The notes below the pieces were generated by a model, which searched no databases, was not told the DNA's origin, and worked only from the letters and a program-made list of their open reading frames with translations. Of a DNA stretch of 64,000 nt, positions 49,333-63,359 are shown piece by piece. A program made the translations under genes and the position numbers. Every line of letters begins with the position of its first letter. The stretch's first letter is position 1. Source of the stretch: Spirochaetia bacterium (GTDB lineage: Bacteria > Spirochaetota > Spirochaetia > WTKD01 > G963693115); contig CBDDCA010000006.1 in the NCBI GenBank assembly GCA_965226055.1, positions 416,001-480,000 of the forward strand, read 5' to 3'.

Positions 49333-50805
49333 CTATATCTGTAATGTCTTGCCTTCTTGTATATGCTGAAATAATGCCTCTTTTGAAGCAAAAGGGAGTT
49401 CAATATTATACGCTTTTGCAATATGGGTAAGTCCTGATGATATGCTCTGCCCTGTTTCCAGTGCATGAGAAATTTCTTCAAACCCTGTGCGAATAGCCTT
49501 TTCTTTTTCCTTAAAGAAAGCATTGAATACCGTGAGCATTTCTTCTCTGTATTTTATTTCTTCTGCTTTTATTGCTGCACATATTGCTTCAATTCTTTTA
49601 CGTCTTTCTCTTGCAATATCCCGTGATTGTAATGCTTGTGTAAGCTGTCCATACCATGATGCAGATATCATAGAAGCAACAGTGCCTCCAATAAATCCTC
49701 CTACTATTGATCCTACAACAGGAATGGGAATAATTACAGTCCCAATAGCAGCACCAACAGTGCTTCCACACAATGTAGTTGCTAAAATATGCCCTTGTTT
49801 CCCAATATTTTTTACAAATTGTTCAGGGGTAATTTTTCCTGTTATGAGGCTAAATGTTTCTTTTGTGAGTATAAGCCCGCATTCAACAAGTACTATTGGT
49901 TTTTTTGCAAGCGATTTTAAGATATTATTATGGGATGATTTAAGCATTCCACCAACTACCGAAGCACCGCTTGCTTTTCCATAGGATGTAGCAGTAGAAA
50001 TTAGTGTATCTTTACCAGTATCGAAAAGAGCCTCATCTATATCTTTTGTGCCATCTCCCAGTGCTTTTATATTTCTAACAGCACTCACTGCCCCTCCTAT
50101 CATCGCCCCTCCCTTTGCTCCTTCCATTCCTGCTCTATGTGCTACTGATACTGTATCTCCTATAGTACTGAGGATAGGATGTTCTCTTGCAAACATAGCA
50201 TCATCAGTGGATGTCTTTGAATCAACAAGACGTGAATCTACATCTTTTATTTTTTGTATTTTATTTTTAATGCTCTGTATTTTATCTGGATTTTTTATTT
50301 TTTGAGATTCTATTTGTTGCTCAAGTTTACTTATTTGTTCTCTATTATCTTGACGAATTGCATCATATTGATCTTTTGGAACTTTAATATCTGTACCTTT
50401 ATACTTATCATAATTCTCATCATTATATAACTTACGATAATTTTTTTCTGTAAAAAAGTTTTTTTGTTGATATTTTTGTCCTGTAGTGCTAATAATATCT
50501 GCTTCGGGATTGTTATCATTGGTACGATGTATTCTTTCTGACTTTCCACCAATACTATTCTCTGCATTAACACGAGCTACTTCCTTTACCTCTGCAGAGA
50601 AACCAGCCTGTTGCTGTTTGTTTATTCTCTCATAATCAGGGTGTACTTTTGATTTGCTTATTTTTGCTAAGTCTGTATAGGACTGTATATGCTCTGCACT
50701 TGCCTCTGCAAATCGCTCCATTGTATGAGAAAGAGCAATATCAATCTCTCTGTTAAAGTTTCGTTCATGCTCTTTTTGTTTTTTCTTATCCAGTTGATAC
50801 GTCAT
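49333..50805 (-). CDS. Hypothetical protein: putative nuclease-like N-terminus, coiled coil, glycine-zipper membrane region
   Basis: GFSAE...ADI...YQQK; GAAIGTVIIPIPVVGSIVGGFIGG. Confidence 0.7.
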   Translation of the reverse strand: MTYQLDKKKQKEHERNFNREIDIALSHTMERFAEASAEHIQSYTDLAKISKSKVHPDYERINKQQQAGFSAEVKEVARVNAENSIGGKSERIHRTNDNNPEADIISTTGQKYQQKNFFTEKNYRKLYNDENYDKYKGTDIKVPKDQYDAIRQDNREQISKLEQQIESQKIKNPDKIQSIKNKIQKIKDVDSRLVDSKTSTDDAMFAREHPILSTIGDTVSVAHRAGMEGAKGGAMIGGAVSAVRNIKALGDGTKDIDEALFDTGKDTLISTATSYGKASGASVVGGMLKSSHNNILKSLAKKPIVLVECGLILTKETFSLITGKITPEQFVKNIGKQGHILATTLCGSTVGAAIGTVIIPIPVVGSIVGGFIGGTVASMISASWYGQLTQALQSRDIARERRKRIEAICAAIKAEEIKYREEMLTVFNAFFKEKEKAIRTGFEEISHALETGQSISSGLTHIAKAYNIELPFASKEALFQHIQEGKTLQI

Positions 50806-50872
50806 AAAAATTTTTAATTTTTTATGATATAGATAGATATATTATATCTACTCTATATCATACATCCTGTCC

Positions 50873-51970
50873 TTATATTTTTGCTCCTGTCCATTTGCCT
50901 AATAAATCATGGATTTGAGATGCTCTCTCTTTCTCACTCATTTCATACTTACTATGATCAATCATCATCTTATGAATAAAATCATTATTCTTCTCTAGTA
51001 TTTCTGGCAACTGATATACAGGCTTTCCTTCTTCATCCATCAGCGGAGTATCTATAATCTTACGAAGCAACAAAGCACTATTTACTGTGTCAGTTATTAC
51101 CTTTAGTTCTTCATTTTCTAGCTCTAGTGTTTGAGGAGCACTTTCTACTTTATCAGCAATACGAGACATTTTTTTATTTTGCATATCAACAATAGCACTT
51201 ATATTCCTTATCACACTCATTGCCAACACCGAAAGTTTACTCATCATATCAAGCTGTTGTATAAGCGTCTTAACTTTTTCCACTATAGCATCAACTTTTT
51301 CTCTAAAACTTCGTGCTTCCTCCAACTTCTCTTCAGATTTTGCTTTTGCCATCCATGAGGTAAATATTGCTACAGGAGCGAGTGCTATGCCTCCCAATAC
51401 TACCATTCCTCCAATCACTCCAGCTCCTCCCGCTGCTATAGCCCCACCCCCCAACCACGCAAGTGTAGCATTCGTTGCGGCTGCTCCTGAGAGTGTCCCT
51501 ATCGCTGTACCAGTAGATGCCACCCCAATAATACCTGTTATTCCATATGCTCCCCCTGCAAGCGCTGCCCCTCCTAATGCTCCTCCTACCGCTGAAGTCA
51601 ATACATCTTCAGCTTGTATGGCCACTTGCTTTATTTCCTGCATATCCGTCTTAAATGTATCTTCATCGTATCCATCAACCTGCTTAAATAAGCTCCTATC
51701 CACTGCACCAATTTTTTCATAAATAGCACAAAAATTCTTTAATGAACTGGCATATGCAGTAAATTTTTCACGCCCAAGCTGTACTAAATGCTCATTCATT
51801 TCTTTCCTTTTTCTCTCTAAATCCTCTCTTGCTCTTTTGTCACGTTCTTTAGCATCAGCACATATACTATTTGCAATATCACTATTTTCCTTTGCTTCCA
51901 GACCATTTTTTGCAGTTGCAAATAGCCCTATTGCTGCAGCTCCTGCCCATATAAGTATTGGTATTGGCAT
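50873..51970 (-). CDS. Hypothetical protein with coiled coils flanking a long Gly/Ala hydrophobic hairpin
   Basis: ASTGTAIGTLSGAAATNATLAWLGGGAIAAGGAGVIGG; SD AAGGAG. Confidence 0.75.
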   Translation of the reverse strand: MPIPILIWAGAAAIGLFATAKNGLEAKENSDIANSICADAKERDKRAREDLERKRKEMNEHLVQLGREKFTAYASSLKNFCAIYEKIGAVDRSLFKQVDGYDEDTFKTDMQEIKQVAIQAEDVLTSAVGGALGGAALAGGAYGITGIIGVASTGTAIGTLSGAAATNATLAWLGGGAIAAGGAGVIGGMVVLGGIALAPVAIFTSWMAKAKSEEKLEEARSFREKVDAIVEKVKTLIQQLDMMSKLSVLAMSVIRNISAIVDMQNKKMSRIADKVESAPQTLELENEELKVITDTVNSALLLRKIIDTPLMDEEGKPVYQLPEILEKNNDFIHKMMIDHSKYEMSEKERASQIHDLLGKWTGAKI

Positions 51971-52038
51971 AATATCTCCTTTATTATGTAGTTTTATGTT
52001 TCTATACAGATAACAAAAACACTCTATTTTTCTGTATC

Positions 52039-52443
52039 TTATTTTCCAAAAATAAAATGAATTATCTTTGTTCGAAAGACAGAAAATTGCTCCATTATTT
52101 TTTCTATATCATGTAGCATGGTAGCTTTTTTCCCAAATGTTTCAGCAACATCAGCGATAAATTTTTTTTGATTATCATGGTACTGATTATTAGACAAAGC
52201 AGTTGCTATCAATTCAACAAGCACTACTTTCTGTTCTTCTTCCTTTGTAAATATTTCTTGCAACTTTGGGAGAGAGTTAGCAGATGGATGCTCATCGTGT
52301 AATCCCAGTACCATCTCAATACAAATAGAACGCAGATAGTACTCTTCTTTTTCATCTATAGCTCCATCGTCTACAAGCAAGACATGCTTAGCTAATCCTA
52401 AAAATACTTTTTTTTGTTCATATGATAAATTTTCTAAAAACAA
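52039..52443 (-). CDS. TerB-like protein
   Basis: MFLENLSYEQKKVFLGLA..VDDGAIDEKEEYYL; TTG start with SD AGGAGG. Confidence 0.7.
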   Translation of the reverse strand: MFLENLSYEQKKVFLGLAKHVLLVDDGAIDEKEEYYLRSICIEMVLGLHDEHPSANSLPKLQEIFTKEEEQKVVLVELIATALSNNQYHDNQKKFIADVAETFGKKATMLHDIEKIMEQFSVFRTKIIHFIFGK

Positions 52444-52594
52444 ACTATACCTCCTAAAAAATACTAGTAACAGTATATATATATATGCAAGTACTTTTCA
52501 CAAAAAAATTGCAAATTCTAATGAAAATGTAAGAAAATAAATGAAAAAAATTACAGTCTGATAAAAAGAAACTATCCTGTAATACTACAGTAAA

Positions 52595-56598
<4,004 letters not shown>

Positions 56599-56599
56599 G

Positions 56600-58342
56600 T
56601 TATTTATTATAATACGAACGCTGAAAATAAAGGTATGTGCTGGCAGTAAATGTAAAAGCTGGATCGCTCAACCCTTTCCCACTTATAGCATCAAAGTTTT
56701 CTGCCATTCCCCCAGTATGCACTAAATGCATAAACCGTAGAGCAATATCTTTTGCCATAGCACTATACCCACTACAATGTAATGCATCAACAATAGGCAG
56801 AGTAGTCAGTGGCCATATGTTCCCTCGCCAATACCCATCCGTTGTATAGTAGTTACTTGTAATAGCTTCACTTGCTATGCCAAACTCACTGAGAAAATCA
56901 TGAGATTGCAGTGTATTCACTAACATGCTTCTTATAGTTGCAGGCAACATATCTCCAATAATAATAGGCATACAATGAAGAAGAGACTTACTACATATCT
57001 TTTCTCCTGTTTCATACAATAAAGAAAAAAATTCTTTTCCATCAAAAAGAGTAGTAAGGAATGTTTGCAAATATTCTTTTGAAAGAGCTTGCCATTGCTG
57101 TGCTTCTGTATTTTTGTTAAGATGCATCGCAATAGTAGAGAGTGCTTTCTGCAACACAATAAGATAACAAGGCAAATCAGGAGAAATGACAGGACAGCCT
57201 TTTATAAATACAGTAGCATTATCCCACCCCGAATCATTGCCATGATTATAATAAGGAAGAGGATATTTTCTTACACGCTGTGTTGTCCAGTACTCATGCA
57301 TGTTAGATAACATATCATATGTCTCTTGCAACACACTTTGTTGTGTAAAAAATGCATTCTGCTTCATCATTAGCATATACGCCCAGCCATGTATAGGAGG
57401 TTTTACACAACTATAAGAAGCATATGTATCATTTACAAAATCTGGCAACGCTCCCGAACTGTGCTGAAACTCCTTAAAAAATATAAACTGTTGATACGCT
57501 AACTCAGGATAATTTTTTGCTAAACAAATAGCATTAAAACAATTATCCCAACTCCATATATTAGTCATCCAATTTTTAGACATATACATAGCTTGATAGG
57601 GAAGAATTCCTTCTTTACTGACAAAAGAAGACCATAAAATATAGCTTGCTAATTCTGAAACATCAGCATTGGCAATATCGCTGTCTTTTAATAATATCTG
57701 CTTCCATTGTGTATATTCTTCCAAGTTTTTCTCTTGTACTCTTGCTGTATAAGCAGCAGAATACTGAATATCGTTAGGAGGCACTACCGTATAATTTTCG
57801 ATAATCAACTCAAAGCTGTCATGTACATCAGCTTGTACCTGTGACGAATACTGTAGTAAAGAATCTTGTCTATTGGTGGCATGCTCAGTCCCTATTTCTA
57901 TCACAGCAGTAGTGTTTCCTATACTATCCCATACAGAATTTATCGTTCCTGTTCCTGTAATCACCGTGATACGTGCTTTTGTTTCGTTTGTATAACTGTG
58001 TAATTCATACTCTTGTGTAGCAAGCGTATTTATATGATCATATTTCCCTAACACTGCCTCTAAACATAACGTACAATGTTCCCCTGTCATAGATATTCTC
58101 TTCTCTTCTATGCCAATACTGATACTTGCTTTTTTATGATGCAACAAAAGTCTATGTGGTTCAAACACTACACTATAATCAATACTCTGTTTCATAGCAT
58201 CTTGCATGATCAGCTTAAACAATGCTCCTGTTTTAGTATCTCCTCCATGTATATTTCGTATATATATGCCATTCTCTATCCAAGAAAGAACAAGATAACT
58301 CCCTTTTTGAGAAAAAGGTACTGTGCGTATATCAAAGCCCAT
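56600..58342 (-). CDS. MGH1-like/GH63-type glycoside hydrolase
   Basis: WSWDNCFNA, KPPIHGW, HGNDSGWDN, YWRGNIW, ENFDA; ATG 58342 preferred. Confidence 0.85.
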   Translation of the reverse strand: MGFDIRTVPFSQKGSYLVLSWIENGIYIRNIHGGDTKTGALFKLIMQDAMKQSIDYSVVFEPHRLLLHHKKASISIGIEEKRISMTGEHCTLCLEAVLGKYDHINTLATQEYELHSYTNETKARITVITGTGTINSVWDSIGNTTAVIEIGTEHATNRQDSLLQYSSQVQADVHDSFELIIENYTVVPPNDIQYSAAYTARVQEKNLEEYTQWKQILLKDSDIANADVSELASYILWSSFVSKEGILPYQAMYMSKNWMTNIWSWDNCFNAICLAKNYPELAYQQFIFFKEFQHSSGALPDFVNDTYASYSCVKPPIHGWAYMLMMKQNAFFTQQSVLQETYDMLSNMHEYWTTQRVRKYPLPYYNHGNDSGWDNATVFIKGCPVISPDLPCYLIVLQKALSTIAMHLNKNTEAQQWQALSKEYLQTFLTTLFDGKEFFSLLYETGEKICSKSLLHCMPIIIGDMLPATIRSMLVNTLQSHDFLSEFGIASEAITSNYYTTDGYWRGNIWPLTTLPIVDALHCSGYSAMAKDIALRFMHLVHTGGMAENFDAISGKGLSDPAFTFTASTYLYFQRSYYNK

Positions 58343-58343
58343 A

Positions 58344-59171
58344 CTACTTAATCCCAGAAAGAGATACCCCTTCAACAAAACGTTTCTGAAAAAACAAGTA
58401 TACCACTAATATAGGAATGATTGTAATAGCTGTTGTAGCAAAAAGCCCTCCATAGTTTGTATTATTTTGTCCACTAAAATAACTCAGCGCAACCGCAAGA
58501 GGAAACTTATCTTGTGATACAAGCACAAGATATGGCCACAAAAAATCTTCCCAATTCCATAAAAATAAGAAAATACTAAGAGCAGATATCATATTTACAG
58601 ATAACGGAATGGCAATACTATGAAAAATTCTCCACTCAGATGCTCCTTCCATTCGAGCAGCTTCTATAAGCTCATTTGGTATCCCGTACTGCATATATTG
58701 CCTCATCATAAAAATACCAAAAGAAGAATACAGCGTTGGGAGTATCACTGCTATATACCTATCTATAAGACGAAACATATTCATCATTTCATACAAAGGA
58801 ATTACCATAATAAGATAAGGTACCATCATAGTAAACAATATTACAATGAAGATAGTGTTTTTATACTTAAAATTATATTTTGCAAACACAAACCCGCACA
58901 GTAATGAAGTATATACCCCAATAAATGTTTTAATACTTGCAAGAAATATAGAATTACCAAAATAACGAGTAATATTAAATTTAGTTATTGTTTCTACATA
59001 ATTGTTGACTGTCCACTCTTTTGGAAAAAAACTAGGAGGAACAGATATTATTTCATCTGTATGCTTAAATGTAGAGAGCATAAGCCACAAAAATGGCAAA
59101 AACATAATCAATGCTCCCCCTCCTACCACACACAAAAGAAATATCTGATATCGTTTTTGCACAATATTCAT
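58344..59171 (-). CDS. Carbohydrate ABC transporter permease (MalG-like)
   Basis: ELIEAARMEGASE loop, WNWEDFLWP. Confidence 0.93.
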   Translation of the reverse strand: MNIVQKRYQIFLLCVVGGGALIMFLPFLWLMLSTFKHTDEIISVPPSFFPKEWTVNNYVETITKFNITRYFGNSIFLASIKTFIGVYTSLLCGFVFAKYNFKYKNTIFIVILFTMMVPYLIMVIPLYEMMNMFRLIDRYIAVILPTLYSSFGIFMMRQYMQYGIPNELIEAARMEGASEWRIFHSIAIPLSVNMISALSIFLFLWNWEDFLWPYLVLVSQDKFPLAVALSYFSGQNNTNYGGLFATTAITIIPILVVYLFFQKRFVEGVSLSGIK

Positions 59172-60064
59172 TTTGCACTGCCTTTCTGTAATATCTTAAA
59201 CTGTATAGCTGTAACAATCATAATAATAATAAATAACACTACCGCTAAAGCAGAAGCATATCCAAAACGATATTTCTTAAATGCTTCATTAAATATTAAA
59301 TAGGAAAGAACATTTGTAGCATTTCCTGGACCTCCTTTTGTCATAATAAAAATAGGAACAAAACTTTGAAAGTACGAAATAAGAGATGTGATAACAATAA
59401 AAATTGTTATAGGTCGCAACAAAGGTATGGTAAGAGAAAAAAACTTTTGTCGTTCATTAGCCCCATCCAAAGTTGCAGCCTCATACAAAACTTTAGGAAT
59501 AGCAAGATACGCTGCTATATAAATTATTATGGCATATCCTATATCTTTCCATACTGTCATAACAATTATTGACGGCATAGCGAGATTTGTATCAGAAAGC
59601 CATGCAGGACCTACAACCCCAAACATAGCAAGCATAAAATTCATAAGCCCAACACGAGGATGGTATATCCATTTCCACACAATAGTAATAGCCACAATAG
59701 GCATAATAACAGGCAAAAAGTAAAAACTTCGAATAACATCTCTTCCTTTACTAATGGAGACAATGCTCACCGCAAGAATCAATCCAAACACTGTTCTCAG
59801 TATTACTGCAACCCCAGCATAGAATAGCGTGTTCTTAAGAGATTGCTTAAAAATAGGAGATACAAAAATTTTCAGATAATTACTAAACCCAACAAAATCC
59901 ATTGTTCCTACAAGAGGATTCCACTTATAAAAACTTCCAATGACACTCCATATCAACGGTATAAAGAAAAAAATGATATTAAAAAGAATTAACCCCCCCA
60001 TCGCTACATATATAATTGTTCTCTGCGATGACAGTAATGTTCCTTTATATCTTCTTTGTTTCAT
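59168..60064 (-). CDS. Carbohydrate ABC transporter permease (MalF-like)
   Basis: LYEAATLDGA, MTKGGPG, GYASALA. Confidence 0.93.
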   Translation of the reverse strand: MKQRRYKGTLLSSQRTIIYVAMGGLILFNIIFFFIPLIWSVIGSFYKWNPLVGTMDFVGFSNYLKIFVSPIFKQSLKNTLFYAGVAVILRTVFGLILAVSIVSISKGRDVIRSFYFLPVIMPIVAITIVWKWIYHPRVGLMNFMLAMFGVVGPAWLSDTNLAMPSIIVMTVWKDIGYAIIIYIAAYLAIPKVLYEAATLDGANERQKFFSLTIPLLRPITIFIVITSLISYFQSFVPIFIMTKGGPGNATNVLSYLIFNEAFKKYRFGYASALAVVLFIIIMIVTAIQFKILQKGSAK

Positions 60065-60075
60065 AGCATAGTATA

Positions 60076-61311
60076 TTATCGAAATGCATTTTCCATACGC
60101 TGTAATGTAGTACTATCAATTCCATCTGCATTAAGGTACGCCTCTTGTATTGCCTGTTCTGTAGACATACCATTGAGAACACTTTCGAGCATAGTATTAT
60201 ATACTTGCTCTAATGCACGAGGTGGCACACTTAGGTTGGAGTTTCCTGCATCAAATGTTTTTTGCACTGCATCTCCTGCAGTAAATGCTTGATACGAAAC
60301 TTGTACTTCTGTATTATTTGGAACTCCTGAGTTCCCTTTTACTATTGCAGTGATAGTAGGTATATCAGTAAGCATAAACTGTACAAAATCATTTAATAAC
60401 TGGTATTTTGTATCAGACACATTTTTATTGATACCAAAAGAAAGCTCAGCAGAATTATGAGTTTGTTCACTAGGAACAGGAAATGCCTTAAATTTCTCTT
60501 TCACTTCTTGTGGAGCCCAAAATTCCATCCAAGGTTCACCATAAATAAATGCCGCTACCCCTTCATATAATGTATTTTCTGGTGACCCTGCACCAAACTT
60601 CAAATAATCAGCAGCACCCATTTCAGTCCATGAAACAATTTTTTTTAGTCCTGCCTCAGTAAACACAAGACCATCATTATCAGTGAGATATTCACCATTT
60701 TGATACGCAAGATCCCATAGTATATGAAATGGAAAATCAAACCCAATAATACCTTTTTCTCCATTTGTATATGCCTGTGCTTTTTGAATCAACTCTTCCC
60801 ATGTAGTAGGATATTTTTTCCAATCTGATACAATATCAGTATTAACATACATAATTTTACTTACAAACACAGTAGGAATAAAATAGGGCATTCCATTACT
60901 ATCTACATATAAATCGGTAACCTTAAATTTACTCAAAACATCATCGCTAAAAGATAATGGCTTTGCAATAGATGTTAGTATATCAGTATATGCTACATGA
61001 GATAAAAAGATATCTGGTCCTCGTCCTTGATTTACTTCTAAAGGCAGCTTAGTCCAATAATCTCCCCACGGCTGCTGTTCTATTTTATATGTAAATTCTC
61101 TTCCTTGACTTACAAGATACTCTTGATAATTTTCGAACATATCAAAATAAAACCCGTATTCTTGCTCATCACCCGGTATCCAAACAAGGACAGTAGTATC
61201 TTGTTTTTTTGTAGTGTCATTCTTTTTTGATTTTTGTTTAGAACATCCCCCATTCATCAATAACAACACAACTATAATAGAAAAAACTATTCCTTTTAAT
61301 TTCATACCCAT
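60076..61311 (-). CDS. Sugar ABC transporter substrate-binding lipoprotein
   Basis: Signal peptide with Cys, PWGDYWTKL, GPDIF, PTTWEEL. Confidence 0.88.
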   Translation of the reverse strand: MGMKLKGIVFSIIVVLLLMNGGCSKQKSKKNDTTKKQDTTVLVWIPGDEQEYGFYFDMFENYQEYLVSQGREFTYKIEQQPWGDYWTKLPLEVNQGRGPDIFLSHVAYTDILTSIAKPLSFSDDVLSKFKVTDLYVDSNGMPYFIPTVFVSKIMYVNTDIVSDWKKYPTTWEELIQKAQAYTNGEKGIIGFDFPFHILWDLAYQNGEYLTDNDGLVFTEAGLKKIVSWTEMGAADYLKFGAGSPENTLYEGVAAFIYGEPWMEFWAPQEVKEKFKAFPVPSEQTHNSAELSFGINKNVSDTKYQLLNDFVQFMLTDIPTITAIVKGNSGVPNNTEVQVSYQAFTAGDAVQKTFDAGNSNLSVPPRALEQVYNTMLESVLNGMSTEQAIQEAYLNADGIDSTTLQRMENAFR

Positions 61312-61475
61312 AAAGATCCTCCTATAATACAGTTATTGTTTCATAACTTATTATTTATATAAGATACTTATATTATACCTTATTTCAAAAATACTAGAAA
61401 ACACATCATGAGAAGAATATAGCACCAACAGCACAAACATACATTGAAAATAAATATATGTGCCTGAAAAAATCT

Positions 61476-62921
61476 CTAACTTATACGTAACTGCCCCATC
61501 ATCCCTACATCTTCATGTTCTAGCAGGTGACAATGATAGAGATATATACCATCATAAGTATCAAAAGTAACCAACAGCTCCAACTCTACATCAGGTAACA
61601 CAAGTACAGTATCTTTTAACCCTTGCATTTCTAAAGGAACTGCTCCACCATTATATGATAATACAGAAAACTGTATCCCATGCACATGAAATGTATGAGG
61701 CAATCGTGACATCATTCCTCCACTACTAGACCGATTACTTACTTTCCATATTTCTGTATCACCTTTTTCAAATTCAAAATCTATTCTTGTTTTATTAAAT
61801 GTTTTTCCATTGATAGTAGTTCCATTAGACATTCCTCTCCCTGAAAGAGAAAAGTTTCGAACAGGCATGGTGTGTACATTATTGCGAGCTATAGAAGGAA
61901 CAGGAAGAAGCGTATTTGGAATGCTAGTCATTGCTGAGCTATGCTCCTGAATAGAGCTAGTATCAAAGCGCACTGCTTCTTGTAACTCACCTCCATGTAT
62001 ACTCGCATAGAGTGCAGGTGTAACCTGTGTTGTACTATCACTAAAATCAACTAACACTTCTATGCGTTCACCAGAAGACAGCATTATACGAGATATTTCT
62101 GTAGGTCGTTCTAAAAAACTTGCCCCATTCGCAATAAGATAGGCAGAAACCCCTTCAAAAACATAGGTATGAATACCAAAATTAGATGCATTTAAGATAC
62201 GAAAACGAATAATCTTTTGACTAGGAGAAAACACTGGTCGTATTTTTCCATTGACCAAAAGAGTGTTTCCTATATATCCCATAAGAGATGTATGCATATT
62301 AGCTCTATACTGTTGCTTTCCATTTCTATCTAAAACTTTATCCTGAATAATAAGCGGAATATCATTTACTCCATAGGTACTTGGCAAAGATAATGCTTTT
62401 GATTGCTCATCTTCAATAATAATCATACCCGCCAACCCGTAGTACACTTGCTTCGCTGTTTCTCCCATTCTATGAGGATGATACCAAAAAGTACCTGCTC
62501 CTTGAAGTATAGGATATTCCACATTCCATACATCTTTTGCAGCAATGGACTGATACATAGTACCATCTGCATAATCAGGAATAATAAGCCCATGTTGATG
62601 AAAGGTAGTAATAAAAGAAAGATTATTTCTTACTGATAATGCAACTTCATCACCTTTCTTGTACATAATGGTCGGCCCTAAATAACTCTCATCATTATAT
62701 GCAAAAGATGCAACATCTCGAGAAGTAAAGCGATGCTTTGCAGAATTAGCTTCAAGCTCTACTATTTTTTTACCATCCTGCACAGAAACATCTAAAAGCG
62801 GTGGTATATAGAGTTCTTGAGATTCAATTTCTTTTTCAATAAATGAAAAACTAACTATACTAAAAAGAAATACAAGGCAGCATTTCTTAATATGACCAAT
62901 TTTTATATGTTTAACACTCAT
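61476..62921 (-). CDS. Multicopper oxidase (CueO-like)
   Basis: HQHG, WYHPH, HTFHVHG, HCHLLEHEDVGMM; ATG 62921 preferred. Confidence 0.93.
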   Translation of the reverse strand: MSVKHIKIGHIKKCCLVFLFSIVSFSFIEKEIESQELYIPPLLDVSVQDGKKIVELEANSAKHRFTSRDVASFAYNDESYLGPTIMYKKGDEVALSVRNNLSFITTFHQHGLIIPDYADGTMYQSIAAKDVWNVEYPILQGAGTFWYHPHRMGETAKQVYYGLAGMIIIEDEQSKALSLPSTYGVNDIPLIIQDKVLDRNGKQQYRANMHTSLMGYIGNTLLVNGKIRPVFSPSQKIIRFRILNASNFGIHTYVFEGVSAYLIANGASFLERPTEISRIMLSSGERIEVLVDFSDSTTQVTPALYASIHGGELQEAVRFDTSSIQEHSSAMTSIPNTLLPVPSIARNNVHTMPVRNFSLSGRGMSNGTTINGKTFNKTRIDFEFEKGDTEIWKVSNRSSSGGMMSRLPHTFHVHGIQFSVLSYNGGAVPLEMQGLKDTVLVLPDVELELLVTFDTYDGIYLYHCHLLEHEDVGMMGQLRIS

Positions 62922-62929
62922 CGAATGCA

Positions 62930-62959
62930 ATTATACACCAAAAATACATATTTTGTCAA
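62930..62959 (-). promoter_or_regulatory. Consensus sigma70 promoter for the multicopper oxidase
   Basis: TTGACA-N18-TATAAT ending 8 nt before ATG 62921. Confidence 0.75.
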
Positions 62960-62976
62960 GAGTTTTTTGCAAATTT

Positions 62977-63004
62977 TGTAACAAAAACCTGAAAATGTCA
63001 CCTT
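62977..63004 (+). mobile_element. Solo left end of the IS1202-family element
   Basis: TGTAACAAAAACCTGAAAATGTCACCTT matches 27991-28018 at 27 of 28 positions. Confidence 0.85.
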
Positions 63005-63020
63005 TATACACCACACTCTA

Positions 63021-63048
63021 TTGCGTAAATATACATCTATGCTATAAT
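63021..63048 (+). promoter_or_regulatory. Promoter for the tRNA pair
   Basis: TTGCGT-N16-TATAAT with extended TGn. Confidence 0.65.
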
Positions 63049-63062
63049 AGTGAATAGAGTAT

Positions 63063-63135
63063 CGGGGCATGGCCTAGTGGCTATGGCGCCTGCTTTGGGA
63101 GCAGGAGATCGCAGGTTCAAATCCTGCTGCCCCGA
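63063..63135 (+). tRNA. tRNA-Pro(TGG)
   Basis: Acceptor CGGGGCA/TGCCCCG, anticodon arm cctgc-tttggga-gcagg, T-arm GGTTCAAATCC; no encoded CCA. Confidence 0.95.
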
Positions 63136-63178
63136 TATATTTCGCCATGATATATGCTTTGCAAAAAGCATCCCTAAA

Positions 63179-63252
63179 GCACCCATAGCTCAGCTGGATA
63201 GAGCAACGGCCTTCTAAGCCGCAGGTCAGAGGTTCGAATCCTCTTGGGTGCG
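63179..63252 (+). tRNA. tRNA-Arg(TCT)
   Basis: Acceptor GCACCCA/TGGGTGC, anticodon loop cttctaa, T-arm GGTTCGAATCC; no encoded CCA. Confidence 0.95.
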
Positions 63253-63359
63253 TAATTGAATACTATAACCAAACACTATAGCTAATAGTACAGGTATCGT
63301 AGTTAGCACCGCACCTAAAAGATACAATACTAACTATAACTGCAATGAAACTCTAATAA

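Noticed and set aside
52487-52535. caagtactttt and tgaaaatgt resembling the IS target and inner repeat
   Set aside because: Short AT-rich matches with no TGT terminus; likely chance.
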